From assembly GCA_964506755.1 (NCBI GenBank), contig CAZDMH010000003.1:166596-230595 (forward strand): 64,000 nucleotides of DNA, written 5' to 3'. Position 1 is the first letter of the stretch. Each line of letters opens with the position of its first letter. A program made the position numbers and the translations under genes. This document shows positions 47,653 to 57,400 of this stretch, piece by piece. This stretch comes from an uncultured Spirochaetales bacterium (GTDB lineage Bacteria > Spirochaetota > Spirochaetia > DAHUYW01). The notes under the pieces were generated by a model. That model did no database searches. It was not told where the DNA came from and worked only from the letters and a program-made list of their open reading frames with translations.

Positions 47653-48777
47653 TCAAGTTTTCCCGTCCAAGTCGCCGATGAGCCCGTTCAGAAGCTCGTG
47701 GTACTCCTCTTCGTCGAGCGGCAGCTCGATCGATTTCTCACGAAGAGAGGACATGGTGATGGCGTTCGCAAGGCTCACGGAGGCATGTCCTTCGACTGCG
47801 GGAGCGATCAACTCCTCGCCGAATTGGATTGCATCGATGAAATTGTCGAAGATCCGTTTGTAATCCGGATCGCCTCGATGACGCAGGTCGACCACGCTGC
47901 GTTTCGAAGGAATCGTCGCGAACCGATCCGTCGAGCTGCTGATGACTTCGCTCGTAGCCGACTGGTTCTCGTCGAACGTGACTCGTTCGTCTTCGACGAC
48001 GATCCTTCCGAGCTCGCCGACGACTTCGAGACGGTTCGTGCCCGGCGACTCCGCTGTCGAGGCGATGAGATGACCGAGCATACCGTTCTCGTGTTCGAAC
48101 AGCACCGTCACCTCGTCTTCGACTTCGATGTCATGGTACTTGCCGAGCGATGCAAATCCACGAACCCTGCTCGGGAGACCGAAGAGCCAGTGGTAGAGAT
48201 CGAGATTGTGAACGGCTTGATTCAGCAGCAATCCGCCTCCTTCGCCGCGCCAAGTCGCCCGCCAGTCTGCCGAGTCGAAGTAGGCTTGCGTACGAAACCA
48301 GTCGGTCACGACCCAGGTTGCCCGCATGAGGCGACCGATCGCTCCCTGCGCAACAATCTGCCGGACCCTTTGCCAGAGGTCTCGTGCACGCAGAACGAAA
48401 TTGGTTGCGAAAACGAGAGTCGGGTAGTGGAAGCGTCCCGTATTGTATGCCCCGATCATCGCTGTGGCGTCCCTTGCCTCCGCCGCGATCGGCTTTTCCA
48501 CCAGAACGTGGATACCCCGCCTGAGTGCACCGATGGAAATCGGGGTGTGGGAGAAATGCGGGGTTGCGATGACTACCGCTCCGGCTCCGCTTCGTTCGAG
48601 AAGCTCGTGGTAGTCGTAGTAGACCGGGACATTCCGATTGGAGCCCGCAGCGTTCGCGCGTTCCCGGTTCGTGTCGCAGATGCCAACCAGTTGGACGTTC
48701 TGATTCGTGACGATGCTTTCGAAATGATGTGCCGCCATCTCACCGGTACCGATGACCGCGAGTTTGACCTGCTCCAC
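47653..48777 (-). CDS. Gfo/Idh/MocA-family oxidoreductase
   Basis: LAVIGTGEMAAHH Rossmann motif, EKP motif, 374 aa. GTG start with SD AAGGAG. Confidence 0.8.
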   Translation of the reverse strand: MEQVKLAVIGTGEMAAHHFESIVTNQNVQLVGICDTNRERANAAGSNRNVPVYYDYHELLERSGAGAVVIATPHFSHTPISIGALRRGIHVLVEKPIAAEARDATAMIGAYNTGRFHYPTLVFATNFVLRARDLWQRVRQIVAQGAIGRLMRATWVVTDWFRTQAYFDSADWRATWRGEGGGLLLNQAVHNLDLYHWLFGLPSRVRGFASLGKYHDIEVEDEVTVLFEHENGMLGHLIASTAESPGTNRLEVVGELGRIVVEDERVTFDENQSATSEVISSSTDRFATIPSKRSVVDLRHRGDPDYKRIFDNFIDAIQFGEELIAPAVEGHASVSLANAITMSSLREKSIELPLDEEEYHELLNGLIGDLDGKT

Positions 48778-48865
48778 GGACGACTCCTTGTGAGTGTTCC
48801 CGATTCTTCCGGAACAACCCTAACGCTTTCTCCTAATCTTAGTAAGGGGAGCTGACCAAGCCGGT

Positions 48866-48894
48866 TTGACATGGTCAGTCTTGCGCCGTATTAA
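48866..48894 (+). promoter_or_regulatory. Near-consensus sigma70 promoter TTGACA-17-TATTAA upstream of manC
   Basis: TTGACA 48866-48871, 17-nt spacer, TATTAA 48889-48894. SD AGGGGG before ATG 48922. Confidence 0.5.
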
Positions 48895-48921
48895 TTGTTC
48901 ATCGGATATAGGGGGCCACAA

Positions 48922-50004
48922 ATGAACCAAGAGCTGTCACAGAACCTGATTGTCGTCATCATGGCGGGAGGCGCCGGAACGCGCTTCTGGCCGCTGAGCA
49001 CCCGTAGTCGGCCCAAGCAGTTCTTGCGGCTCTTTGGAGACCGCAGCCTCCTGCAGATGAGCTTCGACCGGTTGGATGGGCTCGTACCTCCGGAGAGGGT
49101 CCTCGTGCTGACGAACGAGGACTTTGTACCACTGGTGCGTGAGCAACTTCCGGCGCTGCCTCATGAGAACATCTTCGGAGAGCCGTACCGCCGGGACACG
49201 GGTGCTGCGGTCACTCTTGCCGCGCTTCTTGCCGAGAAGCGGTTCGGAAACCCCGTCATCGCAACTCTCACCGCCGACCATCTCATCGGGCCGGTCGATC
49301 TCTTTCAGAAGACTCTCCTGTCGGCCGCCGAGCGGGCAGCCTCGGAGCCTGTGCTCTACACCTTCGGCGTCCGCCCCGACTATCCTGCCACCGCCTACGG
49401 CTACCTCGAAATCGGCGAGCAGGTGGGAAGAAGGGCCGGGATTGAGCACTACAGGCTAAGGCAGTTCAAGGAGAAGCCCGACCGCGCGACCGCTGCCGGC
49501 TATGTCGATTCGGGAAACTTCCTGTGGAACTCCGGAATGTTCGTTTGGAGGACCGACGTCATCCTGCGCGAGCTCGAGCTTCTTCTGCCCGAGCACGTTC
49601 GGATGCTGCGGACTGCAGTCGAGCAAGATCGGGCTCCCGGCTGGCCGGAAGCGCTTGCAGCCGCTTTCGAGCCGCTTCAGGCGATATCGATCGATTTCGC
49701 CGTCATGGAAAAGGCCAGGGAGGTCTACTGCGTCGCCGCCACGTTCGAATGGAGTGACGTCGGCGGCTGGCTTGCGCTATCCGATCATCTCAGAACGGAC
49801 GATTCGGGCAACCATGTTCGGGGACAGCTCTATGAGCTGGACGCTTACGACAACCTCGTCTTCTGCGAGGAGGAAGGCGAGCGTGTCGTGCTTGTGGGCG
49901 TCGAGGGGCTCGTTGTCGTTCACAGCGGCGACAGGATTCTCGTCACACGCAAAGATCGCGCCGAAGATATCAAGAAGCTGGTGAAGGAGCACGAGCTCGA
50001 CTGA
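48922..50004 (+). CDS. manC: Mannose-1-phosphate guanylyltransferase
   Basis: LIVVIMAGGAGTRFWPLS nucleotidyltransferase signature, about 360 aa. Confidence 0.8.
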   Translation: MNQELSQNLIVVIMAGGAGTRFWPLSTRSRPKQFLRLFGDRSLLQMSFDRLDGLVPPERVLVLTNEDFVPLVREQLPALPHENIFGEPYRRDTGAAVTLAALLAEKRFGNPVIATLTADHLIGPVDLFQKTLLSAAERAASEPVLYTFGVRPDYPATAYGYLEIGEQVGRRAGIEHYRLRQFKEKPDRATAAGYVDSGNFLWNSGMFVWRTDVILRELELLLPEHVRMLRTAVEQDRAPGWPEALAAAFEPLQAISIDFAVMEKAREVYCVAATFEWSDVGGWLALSDHLRTDDSGNHVRGQLYELDAYDNLVFCEEEGERVVLVGVEGLVVVHSGDRILVTRKDRAEDIKKLVKEHELD

Positions 50005-50009
50005 GGCGG

Positions 50010-50492
50010 CTACTGTCGTCGCTTTTTTCGCCTGGTGGTGTGGCTCAGCTTCTCGATTTCGTTCACGAACTCCTCGATGTTGTCGAACATTCGATAGACT
50101 GATGCGAAGCGGACGTAGGCAACGCGGTCGAGACCGTAGAGCTTCGTGAGCACCATTTCACCCAGCTCCTGGGCGTCGATTTCGTGGGAGCTTTTTCCCT
50201 TCATCGCCGCTTCGTCCTCGAGCTGGTGGAGAATCTCTTCGACGCTCGCTTGAGGAATCGGTCGTTTCTCGAGAGACTTCTGTATACCCCGCTCGAGCTT
50301 CGAGATGTCAAACGGTTCGCGGCGTCCATCGCGCTTGACGACCATAAGCTGCTTCTCCTCGATGTGTTCGTACGAGGTGAACCTGAAGCCACAGGAGACG
50401 CACTCACGTCGTCGGCGAATCGACGTCCCGCTCGTGTTCTGTCTCGACTCGATCACCTTGTCTTCGAGGCTGCCGCAGTGCGGACACCTCAT
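50010..50492 (-). CDS. nrdR: Transcriptional repressor NrdR
   Basis: Zn-ribbon MRCPHCGS..CVSCGFRFTSYE plus ATP-cone, 160 aa. Confidence 0.9.
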   Translation of the reverse strand: MRCPHCGSLEDKVIESRQNTSGTSIRRRRECVSCGFRFTSYEHIEEKQLMVVKRDGRREPFDISKLERGIQKSLEKRPIPQASVEEILHQLEDEAAMKGKSSHEIDAQELGEMVLTKLYGLDRVAYVRFASVYRMFDNIEEFVNEIEKLSHTTRRKKRRQ

Positions 50493-50621
50493 CTTACCGC
50501 CTCCGTGGGCGGTATTGTACCATCGTCACCTTCCCTCTGCAAGCGGTGTACAAAGGTATGTACTGATTGCCGTGCGGGCGAACGTTTGTGGAGGCTCGGA
50601 CTCTGCACGGGGAGCGGTCGG

Positions 50622-52334
50622 TCAGAGACTGCGGGAACGGATGATGCTGATGATGAGCCAGAGACCGAGGAGGCCGGAAACGACATAGCCGACGAGCGCT
50701 ACGATTGGTACGCCGAAAAGGCTCGGCATGGTCTGGAGCTGGATGAGGAGCGAGGAGCCGACGAGCATCCCGGCTATGATGATGCTGAAGGCGAGTCGGT
50801 TGACCGAACGACTGACGAAGCCGACCGTTTCGAGGAGATTCTGGTGTTCCATCTGGACCCTGAGCTTGCCCGACCGCAGCTTGCTAATGACCAGCCCGAG
50901 GTCGTAGGGGAGGGTGCGTCCAACCTCCACCAGGTCCTCCGTGAAGGTGGCGAGGTTCTTCGCGTGCTGCCGGGGATCGAGACGGTGGGCGAGGCGGCGA
51001 ATGAGAAGGGGCCGAAAGGCCTGGATAACGTTGAAGTCGGGATCGAGCTGCTTCGCGAGCGCTTCGAGGGTGACAATGACCTTGAAGACGAGCGGCAGGT
51101 CTACGGGTACCGAAATCTGATAGCGTCGGATAATGGCCGTAATGTCACCGAGAATCTGCTCCGCTCGCAGGTGGGCCACCGGAATGTTGTAGTAGTAGTT
51201 CACGATGTTCGAAAGCTCATGGCGCAGCCCACGAATATCTGCGTCTTCACCGAGAAGGTTGAGGCGCTCGAACACTCTCACGAGCTTCTCCGGCTCGCGT
51301 CGAAAGAAAGCCTCCATTGCATCGAGCAAAGCCGATTTCATCTGATCGTCGACCGAACCGATCATTCCAAAATCGACTGCGGCGAGCACATTGTCGTGGA
51401 GAACAATGAAATTTCCGGGATGGGGATCGGCATTGAAAATACCGTGCTCGAATATCTGGTCGAGGAGGTAGTTGGCCCCTCGCTTCGCCACGATTTTGCG
51501 ATCGAAAGGGACATTCTCGGACTCCGAGAGCCTCTCGAGCCCGAAGCCATTGAGGTACTCCATCGTGAGCACCTTCTCCGTCGTCATGTCCCAGAAGACC
51601 TCCGGAATGTAGAGACCGGGCGCGCGGCGAAACAGATCGCGGAAAAGATCCATCGTCCTGCCCTCGTGGTAGAAGTCGAGCTCCGTTGCGAGGGTTCGAT
51701 CGAACTGCTCGATGACCTCTTTCGGTCGGTAGTTTCGCGATGAGGGGACATGGCGCACCGCGAGCCGAGCGATATCATGGAGCAGCGCCACGTCGGTTGC
51801 CACAATCTCGGTCGCCTTCGGCCGCTGAACCTTGATCGCCACCCGTTTTCCGGAGCTGGTAACGGCTGTGTGGACCTGTGAGATTGAGGCAGAAGCTATG
51901 GGGTTCTCGTCGAAACGGGAAAACAGCTCTTCAATTGAACGGCCGAGCTCTTCGGCGATGATCTTCCGTGCTTCCGAGCCTTCGAAAGGCGGCACCTGTG
52001 TCTGGAGCTTTCGAAGCTCTTTGGTAATCTCGTCGGGAAGCAGATCGGCTCGCAGGCTCAAGAGCTGTCCAAGCTTCACGAACGTCGGACCCAGCTCTTC
52101 GAGAAGCAGGCGGATTCGGACGGCGAGCGGCGCACGCGAAAGCGCGGCTTCTCGTCGCCTGAAGAAGACGCGACGCACGACGCGGTACCCCGGCAATCCG
52201 AGTCGTATTGCAATCTCCTCAAAGCCGTAGGCGAAAAGCTTGCTCAGGATAAAACGAAGTCGCTTTCTTTTTCGCGATCGTCTCTTGAAGATTCTTGAAA
52301 TGGAGAACCCGTCGTTGAACGAATGATCAGACAC
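50622..52334 (-). CDS. ubiB: UbiB/ABC1-family atypical protein kinase (AarF domain)
   Basis: ABC1 core (ASASISQVHTA, VAIKVQRP, HADPHPGNF). C-terminal TM segment. GTG start. Confidence 0.8.
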   Translation of the reverse strand: MSDHSFNDGFSISRIFKRRSRKRKRLRFILSKLFAYGFEEIAIRLGLPGYRVVRRVFFRRREAALSRAPLAVRIRLLLEELGPTFVKLGQLLSLRADLLPDEITKELRKLQTQVPPFEGSEARKIIAEELGRSIEELFSRFDENPIASASISQVHTAVTSSGKRVAIKVQRPKATEIVATDVALLHDIARLAVRHVPSSRNYRPKEVIEQFDRTLATELDFYHEGRTMDLFRDLFRRAPGLYIPEVFWDMTTEKVLTMEYLNGFGLERLSESENVPFDRKIVAKRGANYLLDQIFEHGIFNADPHPGNFIVLHDNVLAAVDFGMIGSVDDQMKSALLDAMEAFFRREPEKLVRVFERLNLLGEDADIRGLRHELSNIVNYYYNIPVAHLRAEQILGDITAIIRRYQISVPVDLPLVFKVIVTLEALAKQLDPDFNVIQAFRPLLIRRLAHRLDPRQHAKNLATFTEDLVEVGRTLPYDLGLVISKLRSGKLRVQMEHQNLLETVGFVSRSVNRLAFSIIIAGMLVGSSLLIQLQTMPSLFGVPIVALVGYVVSGLLGLWLIISIIRSRSL

Positions 52335-52402
52335 GTTCAGAGTCTAGCGCGGAAAGCGGAGCGACTTCAAGTACGGACGATTCTCTGATAGAATCGCTCG
52401 CG

Positions 52403-52726
52403 ATGAGTACAGTTGTGGCCACGCTGCCCGGGTCGGGCGGAGGCGGGCCGGTCGGGACGATTTTGATGGTCTTCGTTCTTCTCTTCGTGATCGTCGGCCT
52501 CGTGGTGTCGGTCCGCTTTCTCCTTAAACGGATACGGGACTCGATTCTCCCGAGCCCGTCGAATCGGATCGAAGCGGCGGACGGGCTCCCTGATGAGCCC
52601 TCGCCCCGACCGCTCTCTGTTCGGGAGCTCAAGGAACGGTTCATGCGGGGTCAGATCTCGAAGGCGGATTACGACGAGCAGGTTCGGGCCCGGCAGCTCG
52701 ACGATTACCTGAAAGGCAAGCCGTGA
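52403..52726 (+). CDS. Small membrane protein with C-terminal SHOCT domain
   Basis: TM helix ILMVFVLLFVIVGLVV. C-terminal ELKERFMRGQISKADYDEQVRA is SHOCT-like. Confidence 0.5.
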   Translation: MSTVVATLPGSGGGGPVGTILMVFVLLFVIVGLVVSVRFLLKRIRDSILPSPSNRIEAADGLPDEPSPRPLSVRELKERFMRGQISKADYDEQVRARQLDDYLKGKP

Positions 52727-54405
52727 TAGAGCACGCCAATGCCCTCTTCGCGCTTGCGGCGATCGTTCTGGCCGGTGCAATCGGCGGACAGCTCGCGCAG
52801 CGGATCCGCCTTCCCCACGTCACCGGACAAATTCTGATTGGGGTCCTTATCGGAAGCTCCGGTCTGAACCTCTTCGGCCACGATGCGGTTGCGAGCCTCG
52901 GTACGGTGACCGAGTTCGCGCTCGGGATGATAGCTCTCACGATCGGAGAGCACCTGAGCATTCGTACTCTGCGCAACGCCGGCAAACGGCTTTTCGTCCT
53001 GCTGTTGACCGAGTCGCTCCTGACTCCAATTATCGTCTTCGTCCTCGCCTATCTCATTACCCGGAGCCCGTGGCTGCCGCTGCTCCTTGCCGCAATGTCG
53101 ATTTCGACCGCCCCCGCGACCGTCATCGCCCTGGTAAAGGAAACGCGCTCGAAAGGTATCTTCGTCAAAACGTTGAGCGCTGCGGTCGCGCTGAACAACA
53201 TCGCCTGTATCGGGCTTTTTGCCGTCGCGCGCACTTTTGCAGGCGCAGGCCTGCATCCCGAGAGCGGCGGTGAGATCGCGGCGACACTGCTGGCACCGTT
53301 GCTTCAGATAGTCGAATCGATCGCTCTCGGCGGCGTAGCGGGTCTCTTACTCATCCTCGCAACCCGCAAGGTGGTGAGAAGTGATCGCCTCGCCGGAGCG
53401 ACGGTCGTAACCCTGCTTCTCGTCTGCGGGCTTGCAATCGACTTCAACCTCTCGCTGCTCCTCTCGTGCCTGTCGCTCGGTTTCACACTCGCGAACCTCA
53501 CTCCTCAGCGAAAGGAGCTCGGCGGCTCGGCATTCGAGAATATCGAGAATGTCATCTTTGCGGCTTTCTTCACCCTTGCGGGGATGGAGCTCCATCTCAA
53601 CAACATCGCTGCAGCCGGGCTGCTCGCGGTGGTCGTGCTCGTCGGACGATTCGGCGGGAAGCTCCTTTCCGGTTACCTCGCGATGCGAATCGCCGGAGCC
53701 ACCGCGCCGGTGCGCCGCTATCTTGGGCTTGCGCTGATTCCTCAGGCAGGGGTGGCCGTCGGGCTCATCCTACTCGTTCAGCAGGATTCGGGGCTCTCAC
53801 AGCTGCACAACGTGATACTCACCGTCGGTCTGACGACCGTCATGATCAACGAGTTGATCGGATCGATTACGACAAGCATCGCGTTGCGTCGTTCGGGGGA
53901 TGCGGGCAAGGATCGACCGCGCCTCATCGACTTCATCCAGGAAGAGAATATCATTACGAACATGACGGCGAAGACAAAGGAGGAGGCAATCGAGCAGCTG
54001 ACCGATGAGCTCATTGCGAGCAACCATCTCAGCGCCGACCGGGACGAGCTTCTCGCGACGGTGCTCGAGCGTGAGTCGGAAGCCTCGACCTGCGTCGGAT
54101 CCGGGCTCGCCATTCCCCACGGGATCATCAAGGATGGAAAGCGAATGTTCGGGGCGATGGGAATCAGCAAGGAGGGGCTCTCATTCGAAACGCCAGACGG
54201 CAGGCCCATCCACTGCATGGTGCTGCTCGCGACACCCGAGTCGGAGCGTGAACGCCACCTCGAGGTCATCGCCGCGCTGGCTCGCGCGATCGGGCGAGAT
54301 CACAACATCCAGGAACAGCTCTTCAACGCCGAAACGCCTGCCCATGCCTTCGAGGTGCTTCACGCCGAGGAGGCGGAGGACTTCAACTACTACCTGAGTG
54401 AGTAA
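52723..54405 (+). CDS. CPA2-type cation/proton antiporter fused to a C-terminal PTS EIIA(Ntr)/fructose-type regulatory domain
   Basis: About 400 aa of 11-13 TM helices (Na+/H+ exchanger family), then an EIIA-2 domain with phospho-His motif GSGLAIPHG and TKEEAIEQLTDEL. Confidence 0.75.
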   Translation: MIEHANALFALAAIVLAGAIGGQLAQRIRLPHVTGQILIGVLIGSSGLNLFGHDAVASLGTVTEFALGMIALTIGEHLSIRTLRNAGKRLFVLLLTESLLTPIIVFVLAYLITRSPWLPLLLAAMSISTAPATVIALVKETRSKGIFVKTLSAAVALNNIACIGLFAVARTFAGAGLHPESGGEIAATLLAPLLQIVESIALGGVAGLLLILATRKVVRSDRLAGATVVTLLLVCGLAIDFNLSLLLSCLSLGFTLANLTPQRKELGGSAFENIENVIFAAFFTLAGMELHLNNIAAAGLLAVVVLVGRFGGKLLSGYLAMRIAGATAPVRRYLGLALIPQAGVAVGLILLVQQDSGLSQLHNVILTVGLTTVMINELIGSITTSIALRRSGDAGKDRPRLIDFIQEENIITNMTAKTKEEAIEQLTDELIASNHLSADRDELLATVLERESEASTCVGSGLAIPHGIIKDGKRMFGAMGISKEGLSFETPDGRPIHCMVLLATPESERERHLEVIAALARAIGRDHNIQEQLFNAETPAHAFEVLHAEEAEDFNYYLSE

Positions 54406-54441
54406 ATCGCCCGGGCGCGGTCGGAAGTCTGCCGAAAGCGT

Positions 54442-55953
54442 TTACCGGAAACCCTCGGCGAGGTGATAGTAGGCCTCGTTGTACCTGAGCTCCTTCTTGA
54501 ACTCCGGCACCGTCGTCTTATCGTTGATCAGCAGGTACTCGATGTTCGCCATCTCGGCAAAATCCTCGAGCTCTTCTGCCTTCACCGCCTGGCTGAATCC
54601 CGTATGATGTGCGCCGCCGGCGTAGATCCATGAGGTAATCGCAGTCTGGAAGTCGGGTTTGGGAATCCACAGGGCCCGGGCGATCGGCAGCTTCGGTAGA
54701 CTTGCTTCCGGTCGAATCACCTCGACTTCGTTGACGATCATCCTGAAGCGACTGCCCATGTCGATGATCGAGGCGTTGAGGCCCGGACCCGCCGGAGTGT
54801 CGAAAACGAGCCGAGCGGGGTCCGATCTGCCGCCGATCGAAAGAGGATGAATCTCCAGCGAGGGCTTCCCGTCGGCGATCGACGGGCAGATCTCGAGCAT
54901 GTGAGCGCCCAAGACCTTCATCTCTTTGCGGTCCAGGTGGTATGTATAGTCTTCCATAAAGGAGGTGCCGCCTTTGCGGCCCGCGCTCATGACCTTCATC
55001 GCACGAAGAAGCGCAGCGGTCTTCCAATCACCCTCTCCACCGAAGCCGAAGCCCTGTTCCATCAAGCGCTGTACCGCGAGCCCGGGAAGCTGCGCAAGGG
55101 AACCGAGGTTCTCGAAGGTGTCGGTAAACCCCTTGAACCCGCCGTCCTCGAGAAATGCCTTCATTCCGAGCTCGATTCGGGCAGACTCCGCGAGATCCTT
55201 TCGCCGAGGACCGCCCGTTTGGATGGGCGCGGCAACGGCGTATCGCTCGTCGTACTCGGCCAGCAGCTTTTCGACCTCGGAGTCGGTAACCGCGGAAATG
55301 AACGACTCCAGATCGCCTATCCCGTAACCGTTCACAGAATATCCGAACTTGATTTGGGCGCTGACCTTGTTCCCTTCAGTGACAGCCACCTCGCGCATGT
55401 TGTCACCAATGCGGGCGAAGCGCGCACCCTGTGAGTCGCTCCATGCGCACGCGGCGCGCAGCCAGCTGTCGAGCCGGCCAAGGACGTCGGCATCCTGCCA
55501 GAATCCGACGATCACCTTCCGGTTCATTCGAAGGCGGGAGACCATGAAGCCGTATTCCCTGCCTCCATGGGCCGATTGATTGAGGTTCATGAAATCCATG
55601 TCGATCTCGGACCAGGGAATCTCGCGATTGAACTGCGTGTGAAGGTGTGCAAGCGGCTTCTGCAGTGCATCGAGGCCCGCGATCCACATTTTCGCAGGTG
55701 AGAAGGTGTGCATCCAGGTAATGATGCCGACGCAGCTTGGCGAGTTGTTGGCCTCGAGGCATAATCGATGGATTCCCTCCGGGTCAGTGAGCACCGGTTT
55801 GAACACGACCCTGACCGGTATCTCGGCGTGCCCGTCGAGGAATTGAGCAATCGTTCTCGAATGTTGTTCTACTTGTTTCAGGGTTTCTTCGCCGTAGAGC
55901 ACCTGACTTCCGGTAACAAACCAGGCCTCGTATACTTTGAGATCGATGGGCAT
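54442..55953 (-). CDS. araA: L-arabinose isomerase
   Basis: Near-identity to E. coli AraA blocks: [59 protein letters not shown] 55953 with SD AAGGAG (track ORF extended). Confidence 0.9.
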   Translation of the reverse strand: MPIDLKVYEAWFVTGSQVLYGEETLKQVEQHSRTIAQFLDGHAEIPVRVVFKPVLTDPEGIHRLCLEANNSPSCVGIITWMHTFSPAKMWIAGLDALQKPLAHLHTQFNREIPWSEIDMDFMNLNQSAHGGREYGFMVSRLRMNRKVIVGFWQDADVLGRLDSWLRAACAWSDSQGARFARIGDNMREVAVTEGNKVSAQIKFGYSVNGYGIGDLESFISAVTDSEVEKLLAEYDERYAVAAPIQTGGPRRKDLAESARIELGMKAFLEDGGFKGFTDTFENLGSLAQLPGLAVQRLMEQGFGFGGEGDWKTAALLRAMKVMSAGRKGGTSFMEDYTYHLDRKEMKVLGAHMLEICPSIADGKPSLEIHPLSIGGRSDPARLVFDTPAGPGLNASIIDMGSRFRMIVNEVEVIRPEASLPKLPIARALWIPKPDFQTAITSWIYAGGAHHTGFSQAVKAEELEDFAEMANIEYLLINDKTTVPEFKKELRYNEAYYHLAEGFR

Positions 55954-56079
55954 AATCAGCTCCTTGGGAGGTTCGAATCGCTCCCCAGAGAGTATCAAAA
56001 ACTGCGCTTTCTGATAAGGACGTCGGAGAGCCGCTCGCGTATTGGACGGAGTATTTCGAAGTGGCAACGAAGGTTCACG

Positions 56080-56649
56080 TCAGTCTGTAGGACTCCGGTC
56101 CGGCGAAGTTGCCGCGCGATGCAGCTTCCCGCGCTCGCGGTAGTGACGGGCGTTCTCGAGGATTCTATTCACTTCCTCCTCGGTAACCTCTCGCACCACT
56201 CTCGCGGGTGATCCGACGATGAGTGATCGGTTCGGGAACTCCTTGCCCTCGGTGACGAGCGCCCCTGCCCCGACGATGCACTGGTTCCCGATTCGGGCAC
56301 GATTGAGAATGATGGCCCCCATTCCGATGAGGGTGTCATCGCCGAGGGTGCAGCCGTGGACGATTGCCCCGTGACCGATCGTCACGTTCTTCCCTATTGC
56401 AAGCGGAGCCCCTTCATCGACATGCAATGCCGCGTTGTCCTGGACGTTCGAGCCCCACCCGATCTTGATGCTGTCGATATCTCCCCGAATCGTTGCGCTG
56501 TACCAGACGGATGTCTCTTCGGCAAGCGTTACGGCACCGACGATCTCCGCGTTCCACGCGACAAACGCCGCAGCCTCAGTCTGCGGTTCCTTTCCTTCGA
56601 ATGCATGTATCACTTTCTCGTATCCTTTCGACACCGGCGGACCGCTCAA
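56080..56649 (-). CDS. Hexapeptide-repeat (left-handed beta-helix) protein, gamma-carbonic-anhydrase/PaaY-like
   Basis: AFVAWNAEIVGAVTLAEETSVWYSATIRGD pattern of the gamma-CA family. True start may be internal. Confidence 0.65.
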   Translation of the reverse strand: MSGPPVSKGYEKVIHAFEGKEPQTEAAAFVAWNAEIVGAVTLAEETSVWYSATIRGDIDSIKIGWGSNVQDNAALHVDEGAPLAIGKNVTIGHGAIVHGCTLGDDTLIGMGAIILNRARIGNQCIVGAGALVTEGKEFPNRSLIVGSPARVVREVTEEEVNRILENARHYRERGKLHRAATSPDRSPTD

Positions 56650-56654
56650 TGCCG

Positions 56655-57383
56655 CTACTGCCAGGGCATTCCGGTCATACGGCGTATATTGATCTCGTCG
56701 ATCATTGAATTGCCACGATGGGCAAGTAGAAAGACGACCGTCTCGGCGACCTCCTCAGGCGAAATCAACTCCGCCGGATCGATGTCGGGGCGGACTGAGG
56801 TGATCATCTCGGTCGCGACCGAACCCGGGGCAATGACGTGCACTCGGATACCGTCGCCCTGAAGCTCCCGAGCAATTGCCTTCGATAGGCCGACGAGGGC
56901 GTGCTTCGAGGCGCCGTACGCGCTTTGCTCGGTGTAGCCCTTTCGTCCGACCACCGATGATATGTTGATGACGACTCGTGCGGTGGACTTGCGGAGGTAG
57001 GGGAGGGCTGCTTGGGTCAGAAAATAGGGTACTCGCGCGTTGAGATCCATGAGGAGCTGCCAATCATCGAGGCTCGTCTCTTCGAAGGGCCTCGCGAGCG
57101 CGGCTCCCGCATTGTTGATGAGGATATCGATCCCTCCGAGATGCTCGACAGTCTGAGCCACTATCGTCGCCGGGGCATCCGGATGGGTGAGATCGAGAGG
57201 GAGGGCAATCGCATGGACCCCCGCCTGCGCGACCTCCTCACCGAGCTCCTCGAGCGCCTTCGCATTTCGAGCGACAAGCGAAAGACTCGCGCCTCGGTGT
57301 GCAAGCTCCAACGCGATGGTCCGGCCGATGCCCCTGCTTGCGCCGGTGACGATTACTTTGAGACCTTCGATGCTATGCTCCAT
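56655..57383 (-). CDS. Short-chain dehydrogenase/reductase (SDR)
   Basis: VIVTGASRGIGR, NNAG and YGASKHAL motifs. Likely start at MEHSIEG (57383) rather than the track start 57431. Confidence 0.8.
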   Translation of the reverse strand: MEHSIEGLKVIVTGASRGIGRTIALELAHRGASLSLVARNAKALEELGEEVAQAGVHAIALPLDLTHPDAPATIVAQTVEHLGGIDILINNAGAALARPFEETSLDDWQLLMDLNARVPYFLTQAALPYLRKSTARVVINISSVVGRKGYTEQSAYGASKHALVGLSKAIARELQGDGIRVHVIAPGSVATEMITSVRPDIDPAELISPEEVAETVVFLLAHRGNSMIDEINIRRMTGMPWQ

Positions 57384-57400
57384 CGTTTCGTCCGATAGGC

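Noticed and set aside
50184-51743. 519-aa plus-strand ORF (with 47698..48855 and 61955..63121, similar long antisense ORFs)
   Set aside because: Each lies antisense to a gene with strong family signatures (UbiB, Gfo/Idh/MocA, GH31). No motifs and acidic or Arg-rich low complexity.
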